Source of the DNA: Nitrospirota bacterium
GTDB lineage: Bacteria; Nitrospirota; JACRHL01
Direction: 5' to 3'
Length of the DNA stretch: 64,000 bases
NCBI GenBank assembly: GCA_029881725.1
Contig: JAOUMB010000004.1
Location: forward strand, 26,729-90,728
The position numbers and the translations under genes were made by a program. The notes under the pieces were generated by a model. It saw nothing but the letters and a program-made list of their open reading frames with translations. It made no database searches and was not told where the DNA came from. Positions 29,185-40,434 of the stretch are shown in pieces. Position 1 is the first letter of the stretch; every line of letters starts with the position of its first letter.

Positions 29185-30426
29185 CTACCCGGTGAATTTC
29201 CTGAGGACCAGGGATGCGTTGGTTCCGCCAAAACCGAAGGAGTTGGAAACCGCAGCGGTAATGGCCACTTCGCGGGCAGTGTCCGGGCAACAGTCCAGAT
29301 CGCACTCCGGGTCCGGGTTCCTGACGTTGATGGTGGGCGGGATGACCCCATGGTACAGCGCCAGACCGGTAAAGATGGCCTCAATTCCGCCCGCCGCGCC
29401 CAGCAGGTGGCCGGTCATGGACTTGGTGCCACCCATGACCAGATTCTTGGCGTGGGAACCAAAAGCGGTTTTGACTGCGCGGGTTTCCAGGGCATCGGCC
29501 ATGGTGGAGGTGGCATGGGCGTTGATGTAGCCGACTTCCTCCGGGTTCATTCCGGCATCGTTCAGCGCCGCCTGAATGCAGCGCACCGCGCCGTTGGCAT
29601 CCTCCGGCGGAGCGGTGATGTGATAGGCGTCACCGGTGCTGCCGTAGCCGACGATTTCCGCGTAGATGCGGGCGCCACGGGCGCGGGCGGATTCCAGTTC
29701 CTCCAGCACCATGACGCCGGAGCCTTCACCCATCACAAAACCGTCCCGGTCGCGGTCGAACGGGCGGCTGGCGGTTTGCGGATCGTCGTTGCGCGATGAG
29801 AGGGCACGGGAGGCGCAAAAACCCGCCACCCCCAGCATGCAGATCACCGCCTCGGCGCCGCCGGCGATCATGCCGTCGGCGTCCCCGCGCTGGATAATTT
29901 TAAACGCATCGCCAATGGCGTGGGATCCGGCCGCACAGGCGGTGGCGGAAGCCTGATTCGGTCCCCGCGCGCCGGTCTGGATCGCCGCGTGGCCCGAGGC
30001 CAGATTGACGATGGTCATGGGAATAAAGAACGGCGACACCCGGCGCGGACCCTGGGCCGCCACCTTGTGGGCGGTTTCCTCGATGGCCGGCAGGCCGCCG
30101 ATTCCGGAGCCGATATAGACCCCCACCCGGTCGCGATTGGCATCATTGATCTCCAGCCCGGAATCCTCCACCGCCATGTGGGTGGCTGCCAGGGCATAGT
30201 GGATGAACAACGCCATCTTTTTGATTTCTTTGGGTTCGATGTACTTGGTTGGATCGAACCCTTTCACCTCCGCCGCGATCTGCGTGGGCAGTTCGGAGGC
30301 GTCGAAACGGGTAATGGGCCCCACACCCGAGGTACCTGCCAAAAGCGCGTCCCAGGTGGTGGCCAGATCGTTACCGATGGGCGTTACCGCCCCCATTCCT
30401 GTAATGACTACCCGTCTCAGAGCCAA
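29185..30426 (-). CDS. fabF: beta-ketoacyl-ACP synthase II
   Basis: Active-site Cys context (ASATACAAGSHAIG), His-His (NAHATST ... GHLLGAAG), 413 aa, and its position after acpP. Confidence 0.95.
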   Translation of the reverse strand: MALRRVVITGMGAVTPIGNDLATTWDALLAGTSGVGPITRFDASELPTQIAAEVKGFDPTKYIEPKEIKKMALFIHYALAATHMAVEDSGLEINDANRDRVGVYIGSGIGGLPAIEETAHKVAAQGPRRVSPFFIPMTIVNLASGHAAIQTGARGPNQASATACAAGSHAIGDAFKIIQRGDADGMIAGGAEAVICMLGVAGFCASRALSSRNDDPQTASRPFDRDRDGFVMGEGSGVMVLEELESARARGARIYAEIVGYGSTGDAYHITAPPEDANGAVRCIQAALNDAGMNPEEVGYINAHATSTMADALETRAVKTAFGSHAKNLVMGGTKSMTGHLLGAAGGIEAIFTGLALYHGVIPPTINVRNPDPECDLDCCPDTAREVAITAAVSNSFGFGGTNASLVLRKFTG

Positions 30427-30509
30427 CTCTCCGTTCGTAAGTCGTCCACCCCGGGGAAAGAAACGGATCTCTCCCCGGGGCGGTCGGAATTAAATCCAGT
30501 GGGACTGGA

Positions 30510-30749
30510 TCAGGCGCTCACCTTGCTGGAAACGTAGTCCACCGCCGCCGAAACGGTGGTGATCTTCTCAGCGTCCTCGTCGGGGATCTCGATGTCGAAC
30601 TCCTCCTCAAACGCCATCACCAGTTCCACGGTGTCCAGGGAGTCGGCCCCCAGATCGTCCACGAAGTTGGCCTCGAGCTTGACCGCGTCGGCTTCCACGC
30701 CCAACTGGGTGCAAATGATTTCCTTGACCTTTTCATCCACGGCAGACAT
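30510..30749 (-). CDS. acpP: acyl carrier protein
   Basis: [12 protein letters not shown]...[14 protein letters not shown] with the phosphopantetheine Ser. ATG at 30749 preceded by AGGAG. Confidence 0.95.
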   Translation of the reverse strand: MSAVDEKVKEIICTQLGVEADAVKLEANFVDDLGADSLDTVELVMAFEEEFDIEIPDEDAEKITTVSAAVDYVSSKVSA

Positions 30750-30817
30750 CGCAATCTCCTTTATGCGTTGAATCACAAAATAACGTGCGGCACCCGGGAA
30801 GGTACCGCCCAAAACCG

Positions 30818-31561
30818 TTACATCAGCATGCCACCGTTCACATGAATCACCTGACCGGTGACATATGCGGCCGCATCCGAAGCCAGAAACACCACCACTC
30901 CGGCCACGTCTTCCGGCTGACCAAACCGCTCCATGGGGATCTGCCCCGTCAGCTGGTCACGGGCCGCCGGTTCCATGGCGCGCGTCATGTCGGTATCGAT
31001 AAAGCCGGGGGCCACCGCGTTGCAGGTGATGCCACGGCTGGCATACTCCCGCGCCAGGGTGCGGGTAAGCCCCTCGGTACCGGCCTTGGCAGCCACATAG
31101 TTGGCCTGACCGATATTGCCCATGGTACCGACAATGGAAGTGACGTTGATAATCCGTCCCCCGCGCTTTTTCATCATGCCCCGGATGACCGCCTTGGCGC
31201 ACGCAAAGGAGCCCTTGAGGTTGGTGTTCAGCACCGCATCCCAGTCCTCTTCCTTCATGCGCATCACCACGTCGTCGCGGGTGATCCCGGCGTTGTTGAC
31301 CAGCACATCGAAGGCGCCCAGGTCTTTCTCAAGCCCCTTGATCACTTCCTGCACCTGGTTGAAGTCGGACACGTCCAGCGCCACGCCCCGGCACTCGCCG
31401 CCCGCCTCGGCCAGCGTCGCCGCTGCCTTTTCGGCGCCCGCGGCGTCCCGCCCGGTGACCACCACGCGGGCTCCGGCGTCCAGCAGGGCGCGGGCGATGG
31501 CGTTGCCAATGCCGCGGGTGCCGCCGGTGACCAGCGCCAGCTTTCCATTCAGTCCATTCAT
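30818..31561 (-). CDS. fabG: 3-oxoacyl-ACP reductase
   Basis: 247 aa SDR with [16 protein letters not shown] and YxxxK (YVAAKAG). The track ORF extends to 32062, but ATG at 31561 ([14 protein letters not shown]) gives canonical FabG. Confidence 0.95.
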   Translation of the reverse strand: MNGLNGKLALVTGGTRGIGNAIARALLDAGARVVVTGRDAAGAEKAAATLAEAGGECRGVALDVSDFNQVQEVIKGLEKDLGAFDVLVNNAGITRDDVVMRMKEEDWDAVLNTNLKGSFACAKAVIRGMMKKRGGRIINVTSIVGTMGNIGQANYVAAKAGTEGLTRTLAREYASRGITCNAVAPGFIDTDMTRAMEPAARDQLTGQIPMERFGQPEDVAGVVVFLASDAAAYVTGQVIHVNGGMLM

Positions 31562-32493
31562 GCGCGAACCTTCTCCAGGGTGGCGGCCAGGGAAGCGGTA
31601 TCTTCCACGTTCATGGCCACCGCCTTGCGGTCGATACGCCGCAGCAGCCCGGTCAGCACCTTGCCGGGGCCGACCTCGATAAAGCGGTGGACTTCCAGTT
31701 CCTCGATCAACGTCCGGATGCTGTCGCCCCACAGCACCGGCGACGAAATCTGCCGCCGCGCGGACGGGATCACATCTGCCGCCACCAGTATCTCGCGGGC
31801 CTCGCAGTTGTTGACCAGCGGGATCGACAGGTCTTCCACGGTGATGTCGCGCATGTCGCGGTCCAGTTGCTCCCCGGCCTTTTCCATCAGGGCACAGTGG
31901 GACGGAACGCTGACCGGCAGCGGAATGATCCGGCTGGCCCCGGCCGCCTTGGCGCCGTCCTCGGCCCGCTCCACCGCCTCCCGGTGCCCGGCGATCACGA
32001 TCTGCCCCGGGCAGTTCAGGTTGGCCAGAGACACGATCTGGTCCTGCTCGGCGGCCTCGCACACTTCGCCCAGGGTTTCCCGGTCCAGCCCCAGCACGGC
32101 GGTCATGCGGCCGACCCCGGCGGGAACGGCCTCCTGCATGTAGCGGCCCCGGGCCTGAACCAGACGCAGGGCGTCGGCAAACGTCAGGCTGCCGGCAATC
32201 ACCAACCCGGTAAATTCGCCCAGTGAGTGCCCGGCCACCGCATCCGGGACCACCCCTTCCTGCGCCAGCGCACGGGTGATGGCCACCGACGTGGCCAGCA
32301 ACGCCGGCTGGGTGTACTCGGTCATCCCCAGTTTATCTTCGGGGCCGTTAAAACACAGGTCGGAAAGCGCAAAGCCCAACGCGTCGTCGGCCTCCTGAAA
32401 GGCCTCCTTGGCAACGGGGTAGGCTGCAGCGATGTCGCGACCCATGCCAACGGTCTGCGACCCCTGACCGGGAAACAGGAATGCGGTTTTCAA
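31558..32493 (-). CDS. fabD: malonyl-CoA:ACP transacylase
   Basis: FLFPGQGSQ and GHSLGE motifs. Probable TTG start at 32493 (MKTAFLFPGQG) preceded by GAGGA. The in-frame ATG at 32565 would add an unconserved 24-aa extension. Confidence 0.85.
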   Translation of the reverse strand: MKTAFLFPGQGSQTVGMGRDIAAAYPVAKEAFQEADDALGFALSDLCFNGPEDKLGMTEYTQPALLATSVAITRALAQEGVVPDAVAGHSLGEFTGLVIAGSLTFADALRLVQARGRYMQEAVPAGVGRMTAVLGLDRETLGEVCEAAEQDQIVSLANLNCPGQIVIAGHREAVERAEDGAKAAGASRIIPLPVSVPSHCALMEKAGEQLDRDMRDITVEDLSIPLVNNCEAREILVAADVIPSARRQISSPVLWGDSIRTLIEELEVHRFIEVGPGKVLTGLLRRIDRKAVAMNVEDTASLAATLEKVRA

Positions 32494-32615
32494 GACGTTA
32501 TCCTCTGATCCAAACCGGAACGGCGCGGGTGCCGTGATTGTGAAAAACCCGCGCCGGAATGTCAATCGGAACGCCGGTCACCTCCGGCCATTCCGCCCTC
32601 TCTCTCATGCCCGGC

Positions 32616-33617
32616 TCAGCCCCACCTGAGCAGCGCCGCCCCCCAGGTAAGTCCCGAACCGAATGCCAGCATCAGCACCAGATCCCCCCGTTCCAGGCGC
32701 CCGGCCCGCACCGCCTCATCGAAAGCCAGCGGCACCGAGGCAGCCGAGGTGTTGCCGTACCGGTCCAGATTTACGTACACCTTGCCAGCAGGCAGTTCCA
32801 GGCGCTCGGCCACGGCATTCAGGATACGCATGTTGGCCTGGTGCGGCACCACCAGCGCCAGGTCGTGGGCCTTGATGCCGCCCGCGTCCTCCAGCACCGT
32901 GCGCGCCGCGCGCTCCATGTTGCGCACCGCCACCTTGAAGGTTTCGTTGCCCTTCATTTTCAGAAACTGCTGACGGCTGTCCACCAGCGCATCGCTCGGA
33001 GGCATGCGCGAGCCGCCCCCCGGCACGCAGATATAGTCCCAGGCGGCGCCGTCGGAATGGATGTCGGTGCGCATCAATCCGGGGGCCCCGGAACCGGTGT
33101 CGCCCTCCCCGGCCTGCAACAGCACGGCCCCGGCACCGTCGCCAAACAGCACGCAGGTGGTGCGGTCTTCCCAGTCCACCACCCGGCTCATGGTCTCGGC
33201 GCCGATCAGCAGCACGTTTTTGTAGCTGCCGGAGCGGATGTAGGCATCGGCCACGTTCAGGCCATAGATGAATCCGGAGCAGGCGGCGGAAAGGTCGAAG
33301 GCGGCGGCGTTGGTGGCTCCCAGGGCGGTCTGCACCAGACAGGCGGTGGCCGGAAAGAACATGTCCGGGGTGGCGGTGGCCACCAGCACCAGGTCCACGT
33401 CCTGGGCCGTGATCCCCGCGGCCTCGATGGCGCGACGGCCCGCTTCGATGGCCAGATCGGAGGTCGCCTGATTATCGGCGGCAATCCGCCGCTCCCGGAT
33501 GCCGGTGCGGGCGGTGATCCACTCGTCGGAAGTGTCCACCATCCGTTCCAGGTCGGCGTTGGTCAGAACCCTCTCGGGGACATAGGAACCGGTCCCCGCA
33601 ATGACCGTAGCAGTCAC
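32616..33617 (-). CDS. fabH: beta-ketoacyl-ACP synthase III
   Basis: Active-site Cys (AACSGF) and GNTSAAS motif. GTG start at 33617 preceded by GGAGG, overlapping plsX by 4 nt. Confidence 0.9.
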   Translation of the reverse strand: MTATVIAGTGSYVPERVLTNADLERMVDTSDEWITARTGIRERRIAADNQATSDLAIEAGRRAIEAAGITAQDVDLVLVATATPDMFFPATACLVQTALGATNAAAFDLSAACSGFIYGLNVADAYIRSGSYKNVLLIGAETMSRVVDWEDRTTCVLFGDGAGAVLLQAGEGDTGSGAPGLMRTDIHSDGAAWDYICVPGGGSRMPPSDALVDSRQQFLKMKGNETFKVAVRNMERAARTVLEDAGGIKAHDLALVVPHQANMRILNAVAERLELPAGKVYVNLDRYGNTSAASVPLAFDEAVRAGRLERGDLVLMLAFGSGLTWGAALLRWG

Positions 33618-34627
33618 GAAACCTCCATCGGCTCGGGCAAATCGGCCGCAACGTCCTCGGCGATGTGGGAACTGACGCGTTCTTCCACCATGCGCTTGGC
33701 AACGCCCACGGCATTCCGGATGGCCCACGCATCGGACCGTCCATGACAGATGATAGAGACCCCGTTAAGGCCCAACAAGGGGGCACCGCCATATTCCGAG
33801 TAACTGACCTTCTTTTTGAAGGCCCGGAAGGCGGGCTTCAACAACCAGTATCCCAGCCAGCCAAAGGGCGCGGAGCGAATTTCACGGCGCAGCATTTCCA
33901 TCACGGTCTCCACCAGCCCCTCACCGGTTTTCAGGGCCACATTGCCGATGAAGCCGTCGCACACGATCACGTCGCAGTTGCCGTTGAACAGGTCGCGCCC
34001 TTCGATATTGCCAATGAAATTGACCGGCGAACTCTTCAGACGGGTGTGCACTTCCTTGGTGAGGGAGGAGCCCTTACCCTCCTCCTCGCCGATGGACAAC
34101 ACCCCCACGCGCGGCGATGGCATGCGCAGCACCCGCTTGGCGTATTCGTAGCCCATGTAGGCGAACTGCACCAGATGCGCGGCCTTGCAATCCACGTTGG
34201 CGCCCACGTCGAGCATGATGGAATGGCCGTTGAGGGTCGGCAGCACGGCGGCGATGGCCGGCCGTTCCACACCGGGCAGGGTTTTCAGCACGAACAGGGA
34301 GGTGGCCATGCAGGCGCCGGTGTTGCCGGCGCTGATCACTGCCTGGCATTCGCCTTCAGCCACCCGCTGATTGGCGATCCAGATGGACGATTCACGCTTC
34401 TTGCGCACCACCACCGACGGGGACTCATCCATGGCCACCGTTTGCGGCGCGTGGATTACGCGAACGTCGAGCCCGTCCAGGGAAAACCCCACCAGGGCTT
34501 CGCGCACCCGGACCTCGTCTCCCACCAGATCGATTCCGATGCCATAGTCACGGGCGGCCTGAACGGCCCCTTCAACGATCACGCCGGGGGCGTGGTCGCC
34601 GCCCATGGCATCCACTGCAATGCGCAC
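33614..34627 (-). CDS. plsX: phosphate acyltransferase
   Basis: MRIAVDAMGGDHAP N-terminus and a length of 337 aa. Canonical rpmF-plsX-fabH context. Confidence 0.9.
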   Translation of the reverse strand: MRIAVDAMGGDHAPGVIVEGAVQAARDYGIGIDLVGDEVRVREALVGFSLDGLDVRVIHAPQTVAMDESPSVVVRKKRESSIWIANQRVAEGECQAVISAGNTGACMATSLFVLKTLPGVERPAIAAVLPTLNGHSIMLDVGANVDCKAAHLVQFAYMGYEYAKRVLRMPSPRVGVLSIGEEEGKGSSLTKEVHTRLKSSPVNFIGNIEGRDLFNGNCDVIVCDGFIGNVALKTGEGLVETVMEMLRREIRSAPFGWLGYWLLKPAFRAFKKKVSYSEYGGAPLLGLNGVSIICHGRSDAWAIRNAVGVAKRMVEERVSSHIAEDVAADLPEPMEVS

Positions 34628-34709
34628 GAAATTCGGCTCCGTTATGATCGGCGAACCGGGCTAACGCCCGGAGCTCTCGCTACGCACCGCCCGGGCGGTA
34701 CGCCGGAAA

Positions 34710-34892
34710 TCAGATTGCCGAGGCCTCGACAACTTCACGCCCCTTGTACTGCCCGCAGGAAGGGCACGCGTTGTGGGGGCGGGTTGGCTCGCTGCAGTTG
34801 GGGCAGTTCACCAGCCCCGGAACCGTCAGCTTCTTGTGGGTGCGACGCTTGCGCGCCACGCTCTTGCTTGTTTTGCGTTTCGGATGTGCCAT
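34710..34892 (-). CDS. rpmF: 50S ribosomal protein L32
   Basis: [22 protein letters not shown]... with a CxxC...CxxC zinc ribbon, 60 aa. Confidence 0.95.
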   Translation of the reverse strand: MAHPKRKTSKSVARKRRTHKKLTVPGLVNCPNCSEPTRPHNACPSCGQYKGREVVEASAI

Positions 34893-34947
34893 CGGTCGAT
34901 CAACCTTGCTTCACGGCCACGCCGTCGCGCGGCGGGCGGTACGGGCG

Positions 34948-35460
34948 TCAGCCCTCCAACAACTTCTTCAGCACCGCAAGGCGCGGGTCGGTAACCTGGG
35001 AGGCGCATCCGCACGCGCCCCGATTCAGGTCCTCCCCGCATTGCGGGCAAATCCCCTTGCAGCCCTCGTCACACACCGGCGACATGGGCAACTCCAGCAA
35101 CACCTGTTCGCGCGCCACCTCGGCCAGATCCACCCGGTCCCCCTCCAGATGGCATACGACCATGTCGCCCGCGCCCAGTTCAATCTCTTCTCCGTCCGGC
35201 ATAATGCGGTCGAAGAGCACATCGAGCGGCGCCGAAACCGGCATCGAAAAAGCGTTCAGGCAGCGGCCGCAGACCACTTCCAGAACGCCTTCCACCACCC
35301 CGCGAACCCGCAGCCCATCCCCCTCGGACCCGGCTGTTCCGGTGATACGAACACCGTCTCCGGCAACCACGCCTTCCCCCAGATCACCCAACACGTCCGG
35401 GCCGATGGTCTCGGCCAGCACAAGGCCTTCCGGCGGTACCTGGGAAAGTAGAATGATCAT
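34948..35460 (-). CDS. yceD: YceD-family (DUF177) large-subunit rRNA accumulation protein
   Basis: Conserved position upstream of rpmF, a C-terminal Cys cluster (CDEGCKGICPQCGEDLNRGACGC) and a length of 170 aa. Confidence 0.8.
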   Translation of the reverse strand: MIILLSQVPPEGLVLAETIGPDVLGDLGEGVVAGDGVRITGTAGSEGDGLRVRGVVEGVLEVVCGRCLNAFSMPVSAPLDVLFDRIMPDGEEIELGAGDMVVCHLEGDRVDLAEVAREQVLLELPMSPVCDEGCKGICPQCGEDLNRGACGCASQVTDPRLAVLKKLLEG

Positions 35461-35595
35461 GGTGGCCGCGAAAACACGGAATAATAATCTGCGGGATGCC
35501 GCAGTGTCAAGGAAAGAAGGCGCAAAACGGGGGGCGCGGCGACTGCGGCCACGCCCCCCGTTTGGAATACCGGACGACCGGTTGAAGCCGGGTCG

Positions 35596-36000
35596 TTACA
35601 GGGAAATCTTCAGTGACTTGAGAAACGCGCGGTCGAAGAAATTGCCGCGCTTGCCGCCTTCCGCCTGCGGGTCGTCGGCCTCCTGTTCCTCGATATCGGT
35701 CTGCACCTTGCCGGAGGTTCCCGCCACGGCGTTGCCCTGTTCGTCGTGCATCATCCAACCCTGCACCACCTTCGGACGGTACGGCTCGGCGGCGGGTTCA
35801 CCGGACAGGGCAGCCTCGTGCTCCTGCTCCACCATGCGCAGCACGGAACTCATGTTGAGCAGCACCTGGCGGTTGTCCTGCTCCTGCATGCGGATCATCT
35901 CCTGCAAGCGGGGGTTGTCGGCAACCACATGCTTGAGGGCCGAAAACAGTTCACTGAGGTGCCGTTGCCTCACCTGGGCCTCCTCATGCTCGCTCATCAT
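35596..36000 (-). CDS. hypothetical acidic, Gln/Glu-rich protein (about 134 aa)
   Basis: Start placed at MMSEHEEAQVRQRHL (ATG ATG at 36000). Predicted helical and acidic. No recognisable motifs. The upstream track ORF extension is not supported. Confidence 0.4.
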   Translation of the reverse strand: MMSEHEEAQVRQRHLSELFSALKHVVADNPRLQEMIRMQEQDNRQVLLNMSSVLRMVEQEHEAALSGEPAAEPYRPKVVQGWMMHDEQGNAVAGTSGKVQTDIEEQEADDPQAEGGKRGNFFDRAFLKSLKISL

Positions 36001-36329
36001 ACCGTTCCTTATCTTATTCCGACCCTGCACCTGCCCTCGGGGCGGGCTCCAGGCGATTACACACACTCGCGGCCCGCGATACACACACGGCGCGGCCTTC
36101 AGCCGAGTTAGTATCCAAAAAGGGTGCCACACCGGGCCAACGGAGGGACTCGCACCGGAATCACCCCATATATGGGCATTTTGAGGGCTTTTTCAGGGTG
36201 CGCGGATTACCGGACGCCCGCCGGGAGGTGACCCAAAAAGGGGAAAAAAAATTCCGGTTTTACCCCGCCGCCGTTCGGGCGCGGGCAATCCGCTTCCTCC
36301 CGCCGAAAGGGCGCACGCGCCGCCACACG

Positions 36330-36359
36330 TTGACGCGCCCCCCCAAGGACAGGGATAAT
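36330..36359 (+). promoter_or_regulatory. candidate sigma70 promoter upstream of trpA
   Basis: TTGACG-(18 nt)-GATAAT about 35 nt upstream of trpA. Pattern match by eye only. Confidence 0.3.
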
Positions 36360-36391
36360 CGCGGCCTTTGCCCCTCCCAGCGAACAGGCCC

Positions 36392-37198
36392 ATGACCCAC
36401 CGTATCGACACCGCCTTCCGCACCGCCCGCAAAGCCGGGCGCAAGGTGCTGATTCCCTATGTAATGGCCGGAGACCCGGACCTGGACACCACCCTGCGCC
36501 TGATTCCCGAACTGGAAAAGGCCGGGGCCGATGTCATTGAACTGGGCATCCCGTTTTCCGATCCCATCGCCGACGGCCCGGTGATCCTGCGGGCCGCCAT
36601 GCGCGCCCTGGTACACGACACCTCGCTCACCGACGTGCTGGGGGCGGTAAAAAAAATCCGCGCCGTCAGTCAGGTGCCGCTGGTGTTCATGAGCTACTAC
36701 AACCCCATCTACCATTACGGCGTGGAAGCCTTCGCCCGCGACGCGGTGACCGCCGGGGTGGACGGGGTGATCATTCCCGACCTGCCGCCGGAGGAAGGGC
36801 ACGACCTGATCGTGGCCGCCCGCAAGGAAAAGCTGGCCACCATCTTCCTGCTGGCCCCCACCTCGGACGACGCCCGCATCCGCAAGGTGACCCAGACGGC
36901 CACCGGCTTCATCTATTACGTGTCCATCACCGGCATCACCGGCGCCGCACTGACCGACATGGGCGACGTGGGCGCGCGCATTGGCGACATCCGCAAAAAA
37001 ACCGGCAAACCCATCGCCGTGGGCTTCGGCATCTCCACCCCGGAACAGGCCCGCGCCATCGGCCGGATGGCCGACGGGGTAATCGTCGGCAGCGCCCTGG
37101 TGAAGCACATCGAGGCCAATCTGGAGGCCGACCGCGACACCCTGGTAAACGCCGCCACCGCATTCGTGGCCGGACTGCGCCAGGGGCTGGACGGCTAG
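36392..37198 (+). CDS. trpA: tryptophan synthase alpha chain
   Basis: MTHRIDTAFR...VLIPYVMAGDP...ELGIPFSDPIADGPVI and GFGIS motifs. No trpB adjacent. Confidence 0.9.
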   Translation: MTHRIDTAFRTARKAGRKVLIPYVMAGDPDLDTTLRLIPELEKAGADVIELGIPFSDPIADGPVILRAAMRALVHDTSLTDVLGAVKKIRAVSQVPLVFMSYYNPIYHYGVEAFARDAVTAGVDGVIIPDLPPEEGHDLIVAARKEKLATIFLLAPTSDDARIRKVTQTATGFIYYVSITGITGAALTDMGDVGARIGDIRKKTGKPIAVGFGISTPEQARAIGRMADGVIVGSALVKHIEANLEADRDTLVNAATAFVAGLRQGLDG

Positions 37199-37205
37199 CG
37201 CCGTC

Positions 37206-38555
37206 ATGGCCGCCCCCCGCACCCGGTACGTCTGCCAGTCCTGCGGGGCCGCGACACCCAAATGGGCCGGCCGCTGCACCCAGTGCGCCGAGTGGAACAC
37301 CCTGGAGGAGGAGGCCGCGCCCCAGTCCGCCCCCAAGGGAGCGGTGGCCATATCCGCCGGCGCCGCACCGCAAGCCATCACCTCCATTACCGGGCACGAC
37401 ACCCGGCGCATCTCCACCGGCATCGGTGAACTGGACCGGGTGCTGGGCGACGGCGTGGTGCCCGGCGCGGTGATCCTGGTGGGGGGCGACCCCGGCATCG
37501 GCAAATCCACCCTCATGTTGCAGGCCTCGCACAATCTGGCCGCCCGCGGACCGGTGCTGTATGTCTCCGGGGAGGAAGCGCCGCATCAGGTGCGCATGCG
37601 CGCCGAACGGCTGGACGCCGCCACCGACCATCTGCTGGTGCTGGCGGAAACCCAGCTGGAGGCCATCGAGCGGCACATTGAAAACACCGCCCCCACCGCG
37701 CTGGTGGTGGATTCCATTCAAACCACCTGGACCGAACGGCTGGACAGCGTGCCGGGCAGCGTGGGGCAGATCCGCGAGGTCAGCGCCCGCCTGATCGGCA
37801 TCGCCAAGAAGCGCGGCATCCCCGCCTTTCTGGTGGGGCACGTGACCAAAGACGGGGCCATTGCCGGCCCCCGCGTGCTGGAACACATGGTGGATACGGT
37901 GCTCTACTTCGAGGGGGACCGGGGGCACGCCTACCGGGTGTTGCGGGCGGTAAAGAACCGCTTCGGCAACACCAACGAGATCGGCGTATTCGAAATGGGC
38001 GGCGAGGGACTGGCCGGGGTCGCCAACCCGTCCGCGTTCTTTCTGTCGGAACGGCCGCAGGGAGCCACGGGCAGCGTGGTCACCGCAGCGGTTACCGGCA
38101 CCCGGCCGATCCTGCTCGAAGTCCAGGCGCTGGTCAGCCCGGCCCCCTACGGCAGCGCCCGGCGCACCGCGCTGGGGGTGGACGCCGCCCGCCTGGGGCT
38201 GCTGCTGGCGGTCATGGAAAAGCGGGCCGGACTCCAGGTGGCGGCGGAGGATGTGTACGTAAACGTCGTCGGCGGCTTCAAGCTGGACGAACCGGGGGCC
38301 GATCTGGCCATCCTGCTGGCGGTGGCAGGCAGTTTCCGCGATGCGCCCCTACCCGAGGACACCCTGGTGCTGGGAGAGGTGGGGCTGGCCGGGGAAGTGC
38401 GCGCCGTGCAGCAGATCGAGGCGCGCATCAAGGAGGCCGAGGGCCTCGGCTTCACCCGTTTTTTAATCCCCGCGCGCAACGCGGAGCGGCTGTCCCGCCC
38501 CGGCGTGGTGCCCATCTCCTCGGTGCGCGAGGCCATTGAACAGGCCTTCCAGTGA
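37206..38555 (+). CDS. radA: DNA repair protein RadA (Sms)
   Basis: N-terminal zinc finger (CQSCGA...CTQC), Walker A (GDPGIGKST), KNRFG motif and a Lon-like C-terminal domain. Confidence 0.95.
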   Translation: MAAPRTRYVCQSCGAATPKWAGRCTQCAEWNTLEEEAAPQSAPKGAVAISAGAAPQAITSITGHDTRRISTGIGELDRVLGDGVVPGAVILVGGDPGIGKSTLMLQASHNLAARGPVLYVSGEEAPHQVRMRAERLDAATDHLLVLAETQLEAIERHIENTAPTALVVDSIQTTWTERLDSVPGSVGQIREVSARLIGIAKKRGIPAFLVGHVTKDGAIAGPRVLEHMVDTVLYFEGDRGHAYRVLRAVKNRFGNTNEIGVFEMGGEGLAGVANPSAFFLSERPQGATGSVVTAAVTGTRPILLEVQALVSPAPYGSARRTALGVDAARLGLLLAVMEKRAGLQVAAEDVYVNVVGGFKLDEPGADLAILLAVAGSFRDAPLPEDTLVLGEVGLAGEVRAVQQIEARIKEAEGLGFTRFLIPARNAERLSRPGVVPISSVREAIEQAFQ

Positions 38556-39283
38556 GGGGCCGGGTCGCGCACGGCGCACGGCTGGCACTGACCGCCCTGT
38601 TGCTGACGACCGCCAGCGGCTGTGCATCCCTCGCAAAACCGTCCCCCGTGTCCTTGGGGATGGCGCAGGTGATGAACGACCGGCGCGCCACGGTAACCTC
38701 CGCGGCGGCCCTCACGGAGATTCGCATCGACGGGCTGGAAAAGCTGCAGGCGCCGTTCCCGGCCACCTTCACCGCCACCCTGCGTCATACCGCACCGGAC
38801 CAGTTCGAGGTGGACGCCTACGGCCCCATGGGGCTGCTGCTGTTCAGCTACAGCACGACCGCCGACAGCTGGCTGCTGCGGTCGCCGGGACAACCCCCGG
38901 CGGGTGGCCCGCTGGCCGCCAACGGGCGCGCCCCCGCCACCCTGCTGCTGGACACCCTGGCGCACCTGCTGGACGGCGTGCTCGGTGTGCCCCTGCACGG
39001 AGCGCCACCCCGCCGCACCAAAGACGGCGGTTGGCGCACGGCCCGTGACGGGGTGCGGTTCCACATGGTGGACGGCAATCTGGCCCGGATCGCTTTCAAG
39101 CGGCACGGGGTCGGCAAGGTGGCGATCGCCTATTCCGACTATCGACCGGTGGCCGGGACCACGTTCCCCCGGGAGGCGCCGCACGCCATCGTGCTCACCG
39201 TGCCCCGCCACCAGGTAACCATGACCGTGCAGGTGGCCGAATGGGCAGTGCAGTCCGCCCCGGCGGGATACTTCGCGCCTTGA
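38552..39283 (+). CDS. hypothetical lipoprotein (LolB-like size and position, tentative)
   Basis: GTG start overlapping the radA stop. Signal peptide plus lipobox (LLTTASGC). Confidence 0.5.
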   Translation: MRGRVAHGARLALTALLLTTASGCASLAKPSPVSLGMAQVMNDRRATVTSAAALTEIRIDGLEKLQAPFPATFTATLRHTAPDQFEVDAYGPMGLLLFSYSTTADSWLLRSPGQPPAGGPLAANGRAPATLLLDTLAHLLDGVLGVPLHGAPPRRTKDGGWRTARDGVRFHMVDGNLARIAFKRHGVGKVAIAYSDYRPVAGTTFPREAPHAIVLTVPRHQVTMTVQVAEWAVQSAPAGYFAP

Positions 39284-39306
39284 CTCCCCGCCCGGTTCCT
39301 GCTTGA

Positions 39307-40419
<1,113 letters not shown>

Positions 40420-40434
40420 CGCGCAAGGGGAACC

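Noticed and set aside
30427-30509. Hairpin CCCGGGG…CCCCGGG between acpP and fabF as a terminator
   Set aside because: The palindromic stem is present but no U-run follows on the transcribed strand. It is possibly an attenuator as in E. coli acpP-fabF, but the evidence is too weak to list as a feature.
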